Assembly (NCBI RefSeq): GCF_009834535.1
Contig: NC_045704.1
Span: 10,044,001 to 10,108,000 of the forward strand
Reading direction: 5' to 3'
Length of the DNA stretch: 64,000 bases
From: Camelus ferus
Taxonomy: Eukaryota
This document shows, piece by piece, positions 33,900-47,100 of the stretch; the first letter of the stretch is position 1, and the number at the start of each line of letters is the position of its first letter. The notes below the pieces were generated by a model. That model did not search any database and had not been told where the DNA came from. It was given only the letters and a program-made list of their open reading frames with translations. The position numbers and the translations under genes are program-made.

Positions 33900-35550
33900 C
33901 TTCACTCCAGGGGAGTTTATCCCCCACCCCATCTCCAGAGGAGAGCGGCACCCATGGTGGGAAGGGAGCGGAGAGGGGGGCCCTGGTCCCGGGAAGGGTG
34001 ACCCCCTTCCCCACAGAGGGGTGCTCGTCAGGGGGGCTCGCAGCCCGACTCCCACGTGAAGAAGGCAGCCTCGCCCAGAGACCGCCCCCCAGCACAGGGG
34101 GCTGTTGCCGAGGGGGGCAGGCACCTGAGCCCCGAGAGGGCGGGCACCTGCGGCCAGGGGCGCCTCCATCCTTGCAGCGAGGAGCCAATACCGACGCGGA
34201 GAGGGGCGGGCACCAAGCACACCCTCACACCCCACCGAGGCCCGACGCGGACGCCGCGCGGGGCTGGGGTTGCGGGAGCACCCCCGGGCGCCGCCGAGGG
34301 GCGTGGAGGAGGGCGCGGGGGAGGGGGCGCGCACCGCCGGGCGGACGGCGAGCGCCGGGGCCGCACGGGGGCGGGGGCGCCGCGCCGGCCATGTCGCGAC
34401 AGGCAGCGGGGTCACAGGGGCAGGAGGCAGCAGGGAAGGCGGTCGACGGCGCCGGGGGAGGAGGGGNNNNNNNNNNNNNNNNNNNNNNNNNNNNNNNNNN
34501 NNNNNNNNNNNNNNNNNNNNNNNNNNNNNNNNNNNNNNNNNNNNNNNNNNNNNNNNNNNNNNNNNNNNNNNNNNNNNNNNNNNNNNNNNNNNNNNNNNNN
34601 NNNNNNNNNNNNNNNNNNNNNNNNNNNNNNNNGGCCCGGGGTTGTTCTGACGACGGGGTCGGGGCTCAAGGGAGGCCGTGGCGTCTGCCGATGGCTCCGC
34701 GGAAGCTGACCGGGCCCGGTCCAAGATGGCGGCGGCGGAGGAGACCTCCCCTTCGCTCTTCTCGTCTCTGGCGCCGACCCGCCTCCGAGCCCCGAATATA
34801 GGCCCATCATTGCTCCGGCCGCACGTCGCTCTTGCTCCTCGGGCGCGTCCTATTGGTTTTTGGCAGGGATGTGGCCGGCCCCTCTCGCCGATTGGGCAAT
34901 CGTTCCAAGGCGCGGCATTCGATTGGCCTCCCAGCGCAGGCTGCGAGGATTGGCTCAGGTTTTCTACCCCGCTCCTCCTCCTCCTCCCGCCTCTGGGCAC
35001 AACACGCCAGCGCGAGGACTCGTGCGTCAATCCAGAGGCCTGTGTCGTACTGATTGGATACACCCGCCCCCCTCTCACGAGCCAATTGGTCGGGGGGAGG
35101 AGCTAGGCTGATCAGGGGCGGGAAGTCGTCCGTCAAGTTTAGAGCCGTTTTCAATTGGTCGTGGGGGGAATATTCTGCCCAGAAGCCATTGGCTGGTCCA
35201 GGAAGTGGGTGGGGAAAGCGGAGGAAGCATGGAGAGTGGGCGTTAAAGGCAGCGTACCTAATGGGAGACAGACAGGTGCCTTCAAAGCGGGGGCCGAGCT
35301 GAAGTTACCTGCCAATCGAGACAGTCCCTGGGCTGAGAGGGAGGAGCGGGGCTAGAGGGTCCACCCCTTCCCCTTCGTTGGTCCTGTTATCATTCACTCC
35401 AGTGTGTCCAATACTGTGGCCAGTGGGCGGTACCCGCTCTTGAAGCGTGTGAAACGCAGCGTAGCAGGCAGGCTTGGGAGCTGGGCGCATCCTTCCGCCT
35501 CTGTGCCCTGGCAGGGCAGGCCGGTCCCTGACTCTCAGCTGCATGGTCTT
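33900..35550 (-). promoter_or_regulatory. CNOT3 CpG island, non-coding exon 1 region and promoter
   Basis: Very CpG-dense. YY1 motif CAAGATGGCGGC at 34722-34733. Eight ATTGG (CCAAT on -) between 34852 and 35192. The exon 1 donor is not visible and probably lies in gap 34467-34632. Confidence 0.8.
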
Positions 35551-36129
35551 TCTCCAAGTTCTTGTGTTTGGCACATCTCTGACACTCAGAGGAAGGAAGG
35601 CAAGGAAGGAGGCAGGAGACAATGCCCCAAGCACAGCTGAACTGGTTGGGAAAGCGCCATGGAGGCATGGAGTTTTTGTCCTGCCTCTGAGTGGTTACGT
35701 GACTGTGAGACAGTAACTCTCCACTGCCCCTCCGTTTCCTCGGTGTTGTGAGGACGCCGCAGAAGGTACAGATGAGATTTCCCGTCCCCCTCCCACGGTT
35801 GCCTCCTAACGTCTACTGGTCCTTCAGATCTCAGCTCAGTGGTCTACCCTTGGGGAGGGGTGGGGGAACTTCCCTGACCTCTCGTGCTGAATGCTCACGC
35901 TAGCCCTGTTCATTCGGATTTGCTTTTGCACGTATACCATCATTTTCGTAATTATCTGAATCTCCCGCTCCAGATTTTTGCATCCCCAGCACTACGCAGT
36001 AGAAAGCACCCAGTAACCATTTGTTGAATGAATAAATGGATGAAAGTGAGGAATGGTTTGTGGTTAAGACTTGCTAGGCGCTGGTGCTTTCCTGAACCAC
36101 GAGGCACACAGGAAGGGAAATCAGATCTG

Positions 36130-36850
36130 CCCACCCCCTCAAGGCAGAGAAAAGCAGGATTAACTCTTTTAAGGGAGATGCAAGTGAGAGCTGCACCAGA
36201 ATCGCCCGGGGCAAGGCAGGGGAGACTGCTTGCAACAATGCAATGTTCTTAGGCCCACAGAGACCTAGGGAATCTGTATTTTTACAAACTTCCTGCGTGA
36301 TCATTAGAGTTTAATAAGAGTTATTGATGCAGAGCCTTGCTATTCAAAGTGTGGTCCTTGGATGGGGCAGAGCCTTTCAGATTTCTCAGGAATCATTTGA
36401 GGGATTTGTTAAATGCAGATTCTAATTTAGGAGGCCCTAGATTCTGTTTTTCTAACAGATTCCTAGCCAACGCTTAGTAGCAAGTATCCAGAACAGTGGA
36501 TCTCAAACTTGGCTGCACATGAGAATCACCTGGGGGCTTAAAAAAAAAAAATTCCAGATACCCAGTCCTTGCCCTCAACCAATTAAATCACTTTCTTGGG
36601 ATGGGAACCACCAGATATTAGCAATTAAAACTCCTGAGATGACTCCAACATCCAGGTAATCGGACAGAACTTTCCAGTGGTTTTCAAAGTGGGATCCCTG
36701 CATCAGCAGCATAAACATCACCTGGGAAGCTGTTAGAATCACGCTTTTGAGCCCCATTGTAGACCAGCTGAATCAGAAGCTGAAAGCTGCTTTAACAGGC
36801 CTCCCAGGCAATTCTGAAAGCGCTTTACACTGAGAAACCGCTCTGGAAGA
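36130..36850. mobile_element. Cluster of about four MER5-type elements between the CNOT3 promoter and the PRPF31 3' end
   Basis: Repeated tctcaaacttggctgcacatgagaatcacctggg, ttttcaaagtg(t/g)g and gaatctgtatttttacaa signatures. Confidence 0.65.
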
Positions 36851-37914
36851 ATGCAGGCCTGCAGGGCCAGGTGGCTCAGGTTCCTTCCTGAGGTTCACAG
36901 CCCTGGCCCCCCGCCCCCTTTTACTCACTCTGGCCAGGGGAGGTGGGGACTCTGAAGAGTTGTGGACAGATGGCTCCTCACTCACACACCCACAGCCGGA
37001 GATCAACAAAGGTCATCACTTTCAAGCAAGGCTGATCTAAAGTTCTGGGATGAATTTGGGGGAAACGCTTGTGTGACCTGGGGTAACCTGACCATTAAAA
37101 AGAATATCCCAGGCATGCAGGCTGTTTCACGTGAGGGAGGGGAGATTCAGAGAGGGCCACTGAGGTCCAGAGACAGAGCCCCAGGCTGGGGGAGGGACTG
37201 GGGTCGAGACACACACAGAGCCCCATATGGTATCGGGGGAAGCCTAGAGAGAGGAACAGAGAGAGATCTCAGATAGGACCCAGGGGACAGCGGGAGCTAG
37301 AGGCATCGCCTCCCCACAGGGCCGAGTCTTGCCTGTGCACCCACTTCCTGGGTAACTAAGAGAAGTGCTGCCCTCGCAGGTGAGCGACCAGGGCTTCCTC
37401 CTCTGTGCCACCGTGAAGCCCGGCTCCCAGCACAGACGGGCCCCTGGTGGCACTCTCCTCACCTGGTAGGAACTGTCATAGCACTGAGTCCCTGCCAGGG
37501 CGGGGAGCCAGCCTGCTCTTCCCAAGTCGGGGCGTGGCACACCAGGGCGGGAGGGGGTGTCCTCAAACACTGGACAGAAGTAACAACGGTGCCCTGATGG
37601 TCACAGTGCCTCCTGGGCGTCTTTTACATCCAGTGGTGGAAGGGGGAGGCCAGTGTCCTGAGATGCCCCCCACGAAGCTGGGGCTTTCAGCAGCCATGCC
37701 ACCTGGGTGTCAAAGCACCCGAGGCTCTCTGAGGGCTCGGGAGATGGAGAGGGCTCTTCTCTTCCTGGGATCACACGAGGAAGTGACAGGCCCAAGGCTG
37801 GACCAGGATTCCAAGGAGCCCAAGTTCCATCCCCCAAAACCCACAGCTGACTCTTTAGTTGCCCTGGTGTTTGACAAACGATCACTTGCCAAGGACAGGT
37901 CCTGATAATGTGCT

Positions 37915-37920
37915 TTTAAT
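37915..37920 (-). terminator. PRPF31 poly(A) signal ATTAAA
   Basis: tttaat on + about 240 nt past the PRPF31 stop codon. Confidence 0.65.
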
Positions 37921-38157
37921 TGCACTTTTTCCAAAGGTGTCTCCTTTCCCATTTATAATAAAAAAGACGCGTGACAAGGATTGGCTCTGCCCCCGAGGTG
38001 GGTGGCGATCTCGGCTCCAGGGGCCGGGCCTCCTCCTGTGCCTCTCTGGACAGTCCCAGCACCGGCGATGGCGGAGCGGCTCTCCCAGCCACATCCTGAC
38101 CTGGATCCCTTCAGAAAGGCAGGGCCTCCGTGTCCCTCCAACCTGAGCCGTGGCCCC

Positions 38158-41100
38158 TCAGGTGGACATGATGCCGCTCTTCTCACCCTTGACCTTGAGG
38201 AACTCGGCCATGCTGGAGAAATACTTCTGGTTGGCCTCAGCCACCTTCTTCTCTGCTGCTTGTGGGTTCACAATCTCCAGACCCTGGACAGGCGAGGGAG
38301 ACGGGGATGAGGCAGGTAGGCAGCCCGGCCCCTAACAACAACCCCCGACCCTCCCAGCTCCCAGTGAGAGAATCGTGCAATGTCACAGCCCCACGGCCCT
38401 TCTCAGTGGTCCCTTGGGCTCTGGGTGAACATGAGAACAGTTTGCCGGTCTCCAAATCTCCCCACCTTGTGGGATTCTGACTCCGTAGGCTAGAGGGTGG
38501 AGGGAGATGGGAGGACCCGGGCATCTGAATTTTTAACAAGATCCCCAGGTGATTTTAAAAACACCAACATTTGGGAGCAGCTAATCCTTCTCGGTTCCTG
38601 AATCAGGAAATTGAGTCCTAGAAGTAAGGAGCTGGCCCGCAGTCCCAGCACGAATCCCACCAACCCTACTGATGACATGACCACCAGCTCTGGGGGCCCG
38701 ACACGTGGCAAGCACTGTTCTAAATGTTTCACACACAGTGATTCTCACCTTCTTGCTGAGGCCTTCGCTGGGGACTCGCCAACTCCCTTTCTGCTTTTCT
38801 CCCTGGCACCTCCCACCTTGCAACATGCTATGTATGTTTGCTATTATTCCTCTGTCTCCTTCCCCCTATAAGCTCCACTAGGGCAAGATTTCCTGTCCCA
38901 TCTGTGGCTTTATCCCAGCGCCGGCACCAATGCTGGGAACGTAGCAGGTGCTCAGCAGATGTTGCTGACGGAGTGAATGAGCTGTTCCTCCTCACAATCC
39001 CATGGGAAGCACGAGCCCTCTTTGGCGGGTGAGTAAACCGAGGCTCAGACAGGCGAATGACCTGCCCTGGCTCCTTCCTGGGCACTGGTGGCTGGGGTGG
39101 GGTCTCGACCGAAGCCTCAAGGAGGGGCTGCACCTGCTCAAGGTCACAGAGACTGACTGGTCCCAGCCTGATTCTAAAGCCACCCCATGTTTGCAGCCAT
39201 GACTGCTTCCGGCCCATCCCTGCTAACCTCACCACGTGCTGGGAACTGAGCTTCGCCCTTCAGGGGCTTCATTGGTGTCCCCCCAAGGACAGCCCTGAGA
39301 GGGGCCTGATCATGTGTCCCTCCTCAGGGAAGGGAAGGGACTTTCCCCAGGCCTCCTGACNNNNNNNNNNNNNNNNNNNNNNNNNNNNNNNNNNNNNNNN
39401 NNNNNNNNNNNNNNNNNNNNNNNNNNNNNNNNNNNNNNNNNNNNNNNNNNNNNNNNNNNNNNNNNNNNNNNNNNNNNNNNNNNNNNNNNNNNAGGGAGGT
39501 CTGGGCTGTGGCCTGGGCCCATGCCCACACCCCTGGCCCCACGGGACCCGGCCTGTACCTGCAGTGTCTTGGAGATCCTAGCTTTGGTGGCCTCGTTCAC
39601 CTGTGTCTGCCGCACACGCCCACTGCCTGACTTGCCAAGGTGGCCGAGGCTGAAGCCCAAGTCCTCCTGGTAGGCGTCCTCCTCGATCTGGTGGGAAAGA
39701 AGGCATCCTGGTGTTAGCCACCTCCTCAATCAGCTCGAAGCCCAGGCATTCACCACATCAACCAGTCCTCAGGGCACCCATTCAGGTGACTACAGGGCCC
39801 TGGTGAGGAAGCCAGGTCCTGTTACTGCTCCCTGAGTTGACAGCTGAGAGAAGCTGGGGGAGAGGGAGAGAGGGAGAGAGAGGGAGAGAGGGAGAGAGGG
39901 AGAGAGGGAGAGAGTGAGAGTGTGTGTGTGTGTGTCTGTCTGTCTGTCTTGCAGTATCTGTACAGTGATGCTCGGATGACAAGGGCCTGGCAGGGGTGAA
40001 GCCTGGGGCGGGGCATGTCCAGCAGGGCAGGGATGAGCCTGGAGGCCTGCAGGGGCCCAATCCTGACTGGCCTCCAGTGCCTGGACAGGGAGCCTCAGGG
40101 AGAGCGGGGCTGGCACTGTCTGGAGCTGGGTGGATGAGGTGGGGAGAGCCTTCAGGCAGGAGGACTGGGGAGGAGACTGGGGAGGAGGCTGGGGTGGTGC
40201 CCCAGATCTAAGCGGGCGTTGCGGGAAGGTAGGGGGACCAGAGCCACAGACAGAGAGGAAGGAATGCGGTGGGGGTGGGGGGGTCAGGGCTGGGGGAGGA
40301 AGAGGACCCCAAGGCGCCACAGCAGGGTGGGGTCTGACCTCCCCAAAGCTCATGCGGTTGGCCTGCTTCCGGATCTCCGTCAGCCCCAGCCGCTCCTTCA
40401 TCTTGCGGTACCTGGGGAGGGGCACGGGTCAGCTGGGAGGGTGTGGGCCTCTTCCCACGCTGCACCACACTGCACCGCCCCACCACGCCCACCCAGGGCC
40501 CCACCTGCGGCCACCTCGCTTCTTGCGCTGCCCATCGAGGGGCGCAGGCAGCGGCTTCACCTGCTTCACGGGTGGTGGCTCCTGCCACTTGTCGAATTTG
40601 CGCTCGATCTCGTCCTTCAGCTCATAGCCCACCTGGGGAGGATGGGGCGGGGATCCTGCAGCTGCTCCCAGGGGCCTGCCCTGTCCTGGGGCTGCCCCCC
40701 CAGCCCCAGGGGACCTCGTCCCTCAGGGCTCTGCAGGTGTAAGGTCCACCTACCATCTGATGTGCCCGGACTGTGTCTCGGGCTCAGACCTTGCCTCTGA
40801 ACACTGCGCCCCACAAGCAACTGCCCTCCCACACAGCAGAGGGGCTGAGCAGAACTCCTGTGCCCTCTCCCCAGCCTCCTGCCCCAGCTCTCCAAAAGTC
40901 AGTATGTGGCAACACCCTGGAGTGAGTCTGCCTCTCTTCCAGGCTCTTCCTTTAAGAAGGACCTCAAACTGGCCCCGTTCCAGCACCCCTGCTAAAACCA
41001 GGTTCTCCCAGGGGCGCAGGAGGCTTGATGCGATCCGCCCTAGCTCCGCCAGCCCCCTCTCCCGGGGGCTCACTGTGCTCCTGCCTCAGGACCCGTGCAC

Positions 41101-44100
41101 TGATCATTCCTTCTGCGTGGGACACCCTTCCCCAGAGTACCCTTAGGACTCGCCTGCTAACTGCATGCAGGTCTTTGTTCAACCCCCACCCCCTCAGAGC
41201 AGGCCCCCCCGACTTCCTGGTTAATCAGTCTAACCTCCCTTGCCACCCGAAGCCGCTTCATCTCTCTCCCTCGACTCCACTCTGCACTGTGGACACACTG
41301 CAGAGTGACCTGCTGCCGTCTCCTCACCCGCCCCCAGCGAGGGTAGAAGTGCCACAGAGGCAGGGCTTCTGTCTGTATGGCTCACTGCCACCCCCTCCAG
41401 CACCCAGGCCAGTGGTCAGGGACAGCGAGAGAGACTGAACCCCTGAACACTGTGCCAGGCCGGGTGCTTGGAAAGCAATAGCGCGCAAGACAGAAAACAG
41501 ACCTGTTCTCACAAAACAAGTCTGCCCAGGAAGACAGGCTGATTGAATGATGACCCGATTGATGACAGTGCAGTAGAGGAGCAGATCCTGGTATAGTTGA
41601 CAAAAAAATACCTCCCCCACCCCCAGAGGTGTCCACAACTGATTCTCTGGTCCCTGCAAGTCTGTCCTGACAGAAGGACTCTGCAGGTGAGGTTAGGTTA
41701 AGGATCTTGAAAGGGGGAGAATACCTCCGATCATCAGTGTAGACCCAGTGCAATCACGGGGTCCTTCAGAGAGTCAGAGGGGATGTGAAGACAGAAGCAG
41801 GGTCAGAAAGGGACGGGAAGATGCTACCTGGGGGCTTTGAAGATGGAGGAAGGGGCCACAAGCCAAGGGATGCAGGTGGCCTCTGGAAGCCGGGACAAGC
41901 AGGGGAAAGGCCCTTCCCTCGAGCCTCCAGAAGAAATGAGCTCTGCCGACACTGTGAGTCTAGCCAGTAAAACGCACCATGGACTTCTGACCTACAGTGT
42001 CTTCGGCCACTGAACTTGCGGTGATTTGTTACAGCAGCGACGGGAAACTCGCACGGCAGGAAGGGGAGAAGCTGACCTCGCTGGGGGACACGGCGGGGGA
42101 CGTGACAGATGCTCCGCCTCCGCCCTGTTAGGACAGCACTTACACGTGGTGGGTCCTGAGGACAGCTCTCCCCAAGACAGACCACCGGTCGCCCGGACAG
42201 ACACCACCTGTCCCTCACCTTGCCCTCCGTGCTCTCGTGGAAGCTGTCCACGCGGGCAGCCAGTGTGCACTTGGCAGCCACCAGCCGGGCCGCTTTCCGC
42301 CGGAGGTCCTGGAGCAGTGGGAAGGGAGGCAGAGTCAGCGCAAGGATTCAACCAGATCAGGGAGCACTTCCAAAACTCCAGCCAGCACCAGCTCAAGTTC
42401 CGCCTGGCTTCACCCTCACCGCTGCACTTTACTATAATAACGTGTTACTGTAACAAGTGATCATTGTCAGTGTCTTCTTTTTGACCTACTTTCCCGTTTG
42501 CACAGACAACTTAACTGTATTACTATGGATGGAAGATCATCAAATACTGAGAAAATACATATGTTACGATTAAAATTTAAAATACCCATCTGTGTGTCAC
42601 CAAAAATCCTGCCATGTGCCAGGAAAGGTAGGGGCCAGTGTTTTGGGAGAGCAAGATGGTACAGGTAGAACCTACAGCCACCAGTCTGTGATGACAGCAG
42701 TAGATGAAACACTGAAGCCGGCAGCAGCTGGCACAGTGGAGGACCTCACTCTGCCCTGCGGGGTCCAGCCTGGGCCCTGGCTCCCGGGCAGGGACCTGTG
42801 CTGGCCTTGGGTGAGCCTGAGAGAAGCCTCATGACACGGGCTGGTGTTTGAGTCAGCCAGCCCAGCACAGGCTGAGCCCCGAGGCCCCACTGGACGTCCT
42901 GGGTGACGACTCCGTGCGCTGTCTCAGGCGGCACTGGGGGAGGGTGACAGGACCCCAACCTCTCGCGCCTGCCCTCGGCTGACGTCTCTCTGGTCCCCTC
43001 ACTGTGATAAACCGTCACCCGGGGTGGATCAGCTCTGCGGGTCCCCTAGTGGTCACTGAACCTGACGGTGGTCATGGGAACCCTGAACTTGCAGGCTAAC
43101 GCTTCTGCCGCTTTTTATGTGGGAGGCCTGGTCTCAGAGCATGAGTGAGTCCCTGTCACGACCCAATGAAGTTGGTTCAGTGTCCCCATTTATTCGGGGA
43201 GACTGAGGCACAGAGCCCAGGCCTCTTGCCTGGTTGATAAGAGGTGCAGCCAGAACCCCAGCCTGGCCCATCAGCTCCACGCCCTTGTTCTCTCACCCTG
43301 TGTGGCCCATCCTCCGGGTCCTGACCACTGTGGTCAGCAGTGACCACCGGGCACCGAGGAGCAAGGGGGCTGCCCTTCGGGGCCCTGCAGAAGGCTCTGT
43401 GGGGGGCTCACCGGGGGCAGAGACNNNNNNNNNNNNNNNNNNNNNNNNNNNNNNNNNNNNNNNNNNNNNNNNNNNNNNNNNNNNNNNNNNNNNNNNNNNN
43501 NNNNNNNNNNNNNNNNNNNNNNNNNNNNNNNNNNNNNNNNNNNNNNNNNNNNNNNNNNNNNNNNNNNNNNNNCCAAGGGAGGGAGGGAAGGAGTTCAGAA
43601 GGAACATGGGCGTTTACCTGGGGGCTTGCCATGTGCCGTCACACGAATTTCTGGTTGGACGCAGCTCTGCCGACACCCTCGTTTTAGCTCAGAGAGGCCC
43701 ACAGTGGGTTCTGAGCTCCGCACTGTCAGACGATACGCTGCGTGGCTCAGGCCTCTCGGTTTGCTGTCATTTGTTATGGCAGCAACAGGACACTAGCACA
43801 CCCCCCACCCCGGGTGCAACTGGGGAAACCGAGGCACGTGACGTTATCTGCCCAAATATGTGAGGTCAGTGGGGGAGGAGCAGGAGCCACACCCGAGTTT
43901 AACCTGCTCGCAGACCACCCTTCCACCCTGCAACCTGCCCCCAGAGCTCTGTCATGGGCTGAACTGTGTCCCCTCAAACTCACAGGTTGAGGTCCTAACC
44001 CCGCCACTGCCCCTTCCCCACACCTCAGAATGTGACTGTATTTGGAGACAGGGCATTTAAGGAGGTGATCGAGGTGAAATGACGTCATAGGATGGGCCCT

Positions 44101-47100
44101 AAAGCAAAGACCGCTGTCCCAGTGAGCCAAGGAGAGAGGCTCGCGGAAGGAACCAGCCCTGCCGACACCCTGATCTCAGACTCCCAGCTCCAGGGCAGTG
44201 AGGGACCAGATCTTGGTTGTTGAAGACCCCCGGTCTGTGGTACCCCATTATGGCAGCCTGAGCTGACTAACTTAACTGCTTTACCATGCTCCCCTGCTCC
44301 CAGAAGTGTTCTGGGTTGAGGGGGCCAGGGGCCTGAGGGGCACTATGAAGCTGCAGAGAGCCCCCTGAGGAGGAAGGGGCTGCTTCTAGTCCTGGCACAC
44401 TGCCAGGACCAGCATCCCCAGCGGCAAACACTGAGGCTCAGACAGCTAGGAGCTGCCCAGACACACTGGCCTTTGCACCGGCCACACTGCCTCTTTCCTC
44501 TACAGGCTCTGCCAGAGACTCAGGGGCTGACCAGGCTCAGGGCCGCCATCCTTTCTCTGGGTCTGTATGAAAATCAGGCTGATGGGCCCCTGTGATCTCC
44601 AGGAGTGGGTAGGTGAGGGCGAGGGGGGACAGGGTGCTGGGGCCCTGGGGCCAAATCCCCATTTTACAGAAAAGGGACATGACTTCCCCAAGGTCACACG
44701 GCCCCTGGGACCACCACTGCTCAGGGATGCCCCTCTGCCCCACCCCAGCCCAGGCCTCACCCATGATCTTGGCGGCCGTGGATGCCCCGATGATGATGGA
44801 CAGGTTGGGCGCGATGAAGGACATCCGCGACTCCACGTACTCGTAGATGCGGTGCTTGGAGGCGTTCAGCTCCAGTGCCATGTCGCAGGCCTCCTCCAGC
44901 CGCTCCAGCTCCTCCTCCGACAGCTGCTGCCTGCAGGGGTAGGGGTGTGGCTGGGACGGACCCCCACCTCCCGGGTATCCTGTCTGGCAGGTGCTGGAGC
45001 CCTGGATCCCCCCAGCTGTGTGTGTGCACTTGTATGTAGGACAATGACAAGTCCCGTAGGTCCCGAGGCTTAGAAACAAGGGCTGCTGGGAGCCAGTTCT
45101 TGGTCAGAACCACCCTCACCCACCCTGGTGGCGGAGGGTGCTTGTCCTGCCCATTCCAGTCCCTGCCTGAGGGAAGCAGCCCTGCCAAGGCCATGCCTGA
45201 GTTGGAATGTTTGCAGGTTTCCCTCCTCCTGAAACGCTCTCCCCTGAGCTGCCACACACCCTCTAGGTCACAGCCTTGTGACACCCGGCCCACCCTGCTG
45301 TCCCTCAAACACCATCACCAGCTGCCATCAACCACACCTATTCCCAGCCTCTCCACCTCCCGCCTGCTTCCTGCACTAGACGGCCAGCCCTCAGAGCGGG
45401 GCTCATGCTGGTCCGGGCGGCGGGCCCAGCACGTCCCCAGCACACAGAAGGTGCTGGGCGGGTGTGTGCTGAATAAAAGCACAGAGAGGGTCGGCTGTTG
45501 CCCCGTCTTACAGAGGAACAGAGGGCCCGAGGGAGAAGGGGACCGGCCTGAGGCTGCAGGGCCAGTGACAGAACCCAGCCCCCAGGACTCCTGGGCCATG
45601 CCATGCCCCTTCCTCACTCAGCTGCCCCAGCCAAACTATAAGGCGTGCAGGGGAGAGACCGTGGAGCCCACGGTCTCTCTGCAACCGAGCCTCAGAAGGG
45701 CTGACGCACCCAAGGTCACCCCTTGGCAGCAGCAAGTTACAGGCCGGCTTGTCCTCCCTCCCACTGGAGAGCTTGGTCCCTGCCTGAGACTGAGTCGTCA
45801 CCACCTCCAGGAAGCCACCCTGATCCAGCCTGGGTAAGTGCCCCTCCTCAGTGCTGCCTCAGTATCCTGACCCTTGCCGTTTGGCCTCTGGCCTATGTGC
45901 ACACCTGCCTCCTCCTGGACAGCAGCTCCGCTTTGCTAAGTTCTCTGAACTCCATCCTCAGAACAGTGCCCAGTGTTCTGTCAGCATCTGCTCAACCAAC
46001 ACGATGACAGCCTGGGGGGGTCTCCACCCACAGGGCTCTGCTATGGAGTCAAAGATGTTTCCTTTTCTGAACACCGCACAGATGCCAGAGGGGCAGGTGG
46101 AGACCCGGCTTTTATTCTAGTGCGTGGACAACAGACCAGAAACAGATACTTCTAATTACAGGTCTGCCCTCTGCCTCACCTCTCAAGACTACAGGTTCTG
46201 GGCGGGGGGGAGCCTGGGTCCCCACTCTCTGGGGACCCCCTGAGCCCAGCACAGCCCCTGGCTTACAGGAGGTGCTCATTAAACACGCACGGAACTGAAA
46301 TGAACTGTCCTCCTCAGGCTGACACCTGTGCCACTGGGACCCCAAGATCATCGTCTGCTGAGGTGGAGCTGAGGCGGGCCCAGTGCCTTCTCCCCGCTGT
46401 GTACGCACCCCTGGGTGGTGGAGGCGGTGACGCTCACCACCATGATGGTGGCGTTGGTCAGGATCTGCTGCAGGTTCTCGTTGTTCTTGCACTTGTCCAG
46501 GCTGTTGCCCAGCTCCTGGGGGCGAGGAGGCAAGAAGCAGGGAGGCACGGACCCTCAGGAAGCCCTGGAACCTCTCCTGCTCCCACACCCACTCGGGTCT
46601 CTTCCAGTGACAATGGGGAAGCGGGGTCTGGACACAGGACGCTCCCCTGCCTCCCACCACTTCCGACAGCTTCACTGCTCAAAGCAGCAAGGTCAGTGTT
46701 GGCTGCTCTGGAAACGGACCCGAGCAGACGAGCCACCTAGGGAGGACCTGCTGCCCCGACAGGTCTGCTGCCCGCATCGACCTTGTGCAGGCCTGACCGC
46801 GTCACTTCCTTGCATGGATGTCCCCTGCCACTGGCTTGTCTTCTCCTGGACTCACACGGGAGCCTCTGCTGGTGTCCCCACCTTCATGAGCCCAACACTC
46901 CCATGGTGGCATTCCCCTAAGACCCAGAGCCTAAGAGGTGAGACGTGATCTGACCTCTTCCACCTCACCTCCTCACTTCCTCTCTTGTTCCCTGAGATCA
47001 CCAGCCCAGCTACCTTTCCCTTAGACCTGGGAGCGGGGTGTCCAAGAGAGCGGCCCTATGTCCCTTCACACTCAGGGGGGCCGAGGAGTCCCCGTCCCCC

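Noticed and set aside
33747-35078. 443-aa minus-strand ORF and overlapping long ORFs in the CpG island
   Set aside because: Stop-poor GC-rich sequence spanning an N-gap, with R/P/A/G low complexity.
34678-35106. Plus-strand ORF with a Kozak-like start (MAAAEETS..., ATG at 34726)
   Set aside because: The context is the YY1 motif CAAGATGGCGGC at the CNOT3 start. The ORF runs through the CCAAT array and has no recognisable domain.
39790-40338. About 180 open codons after PRPF31 exon 11
   Set aside because: C-rich intron plus microsatellite translation (HTHT, LSLS); a chance open frame.
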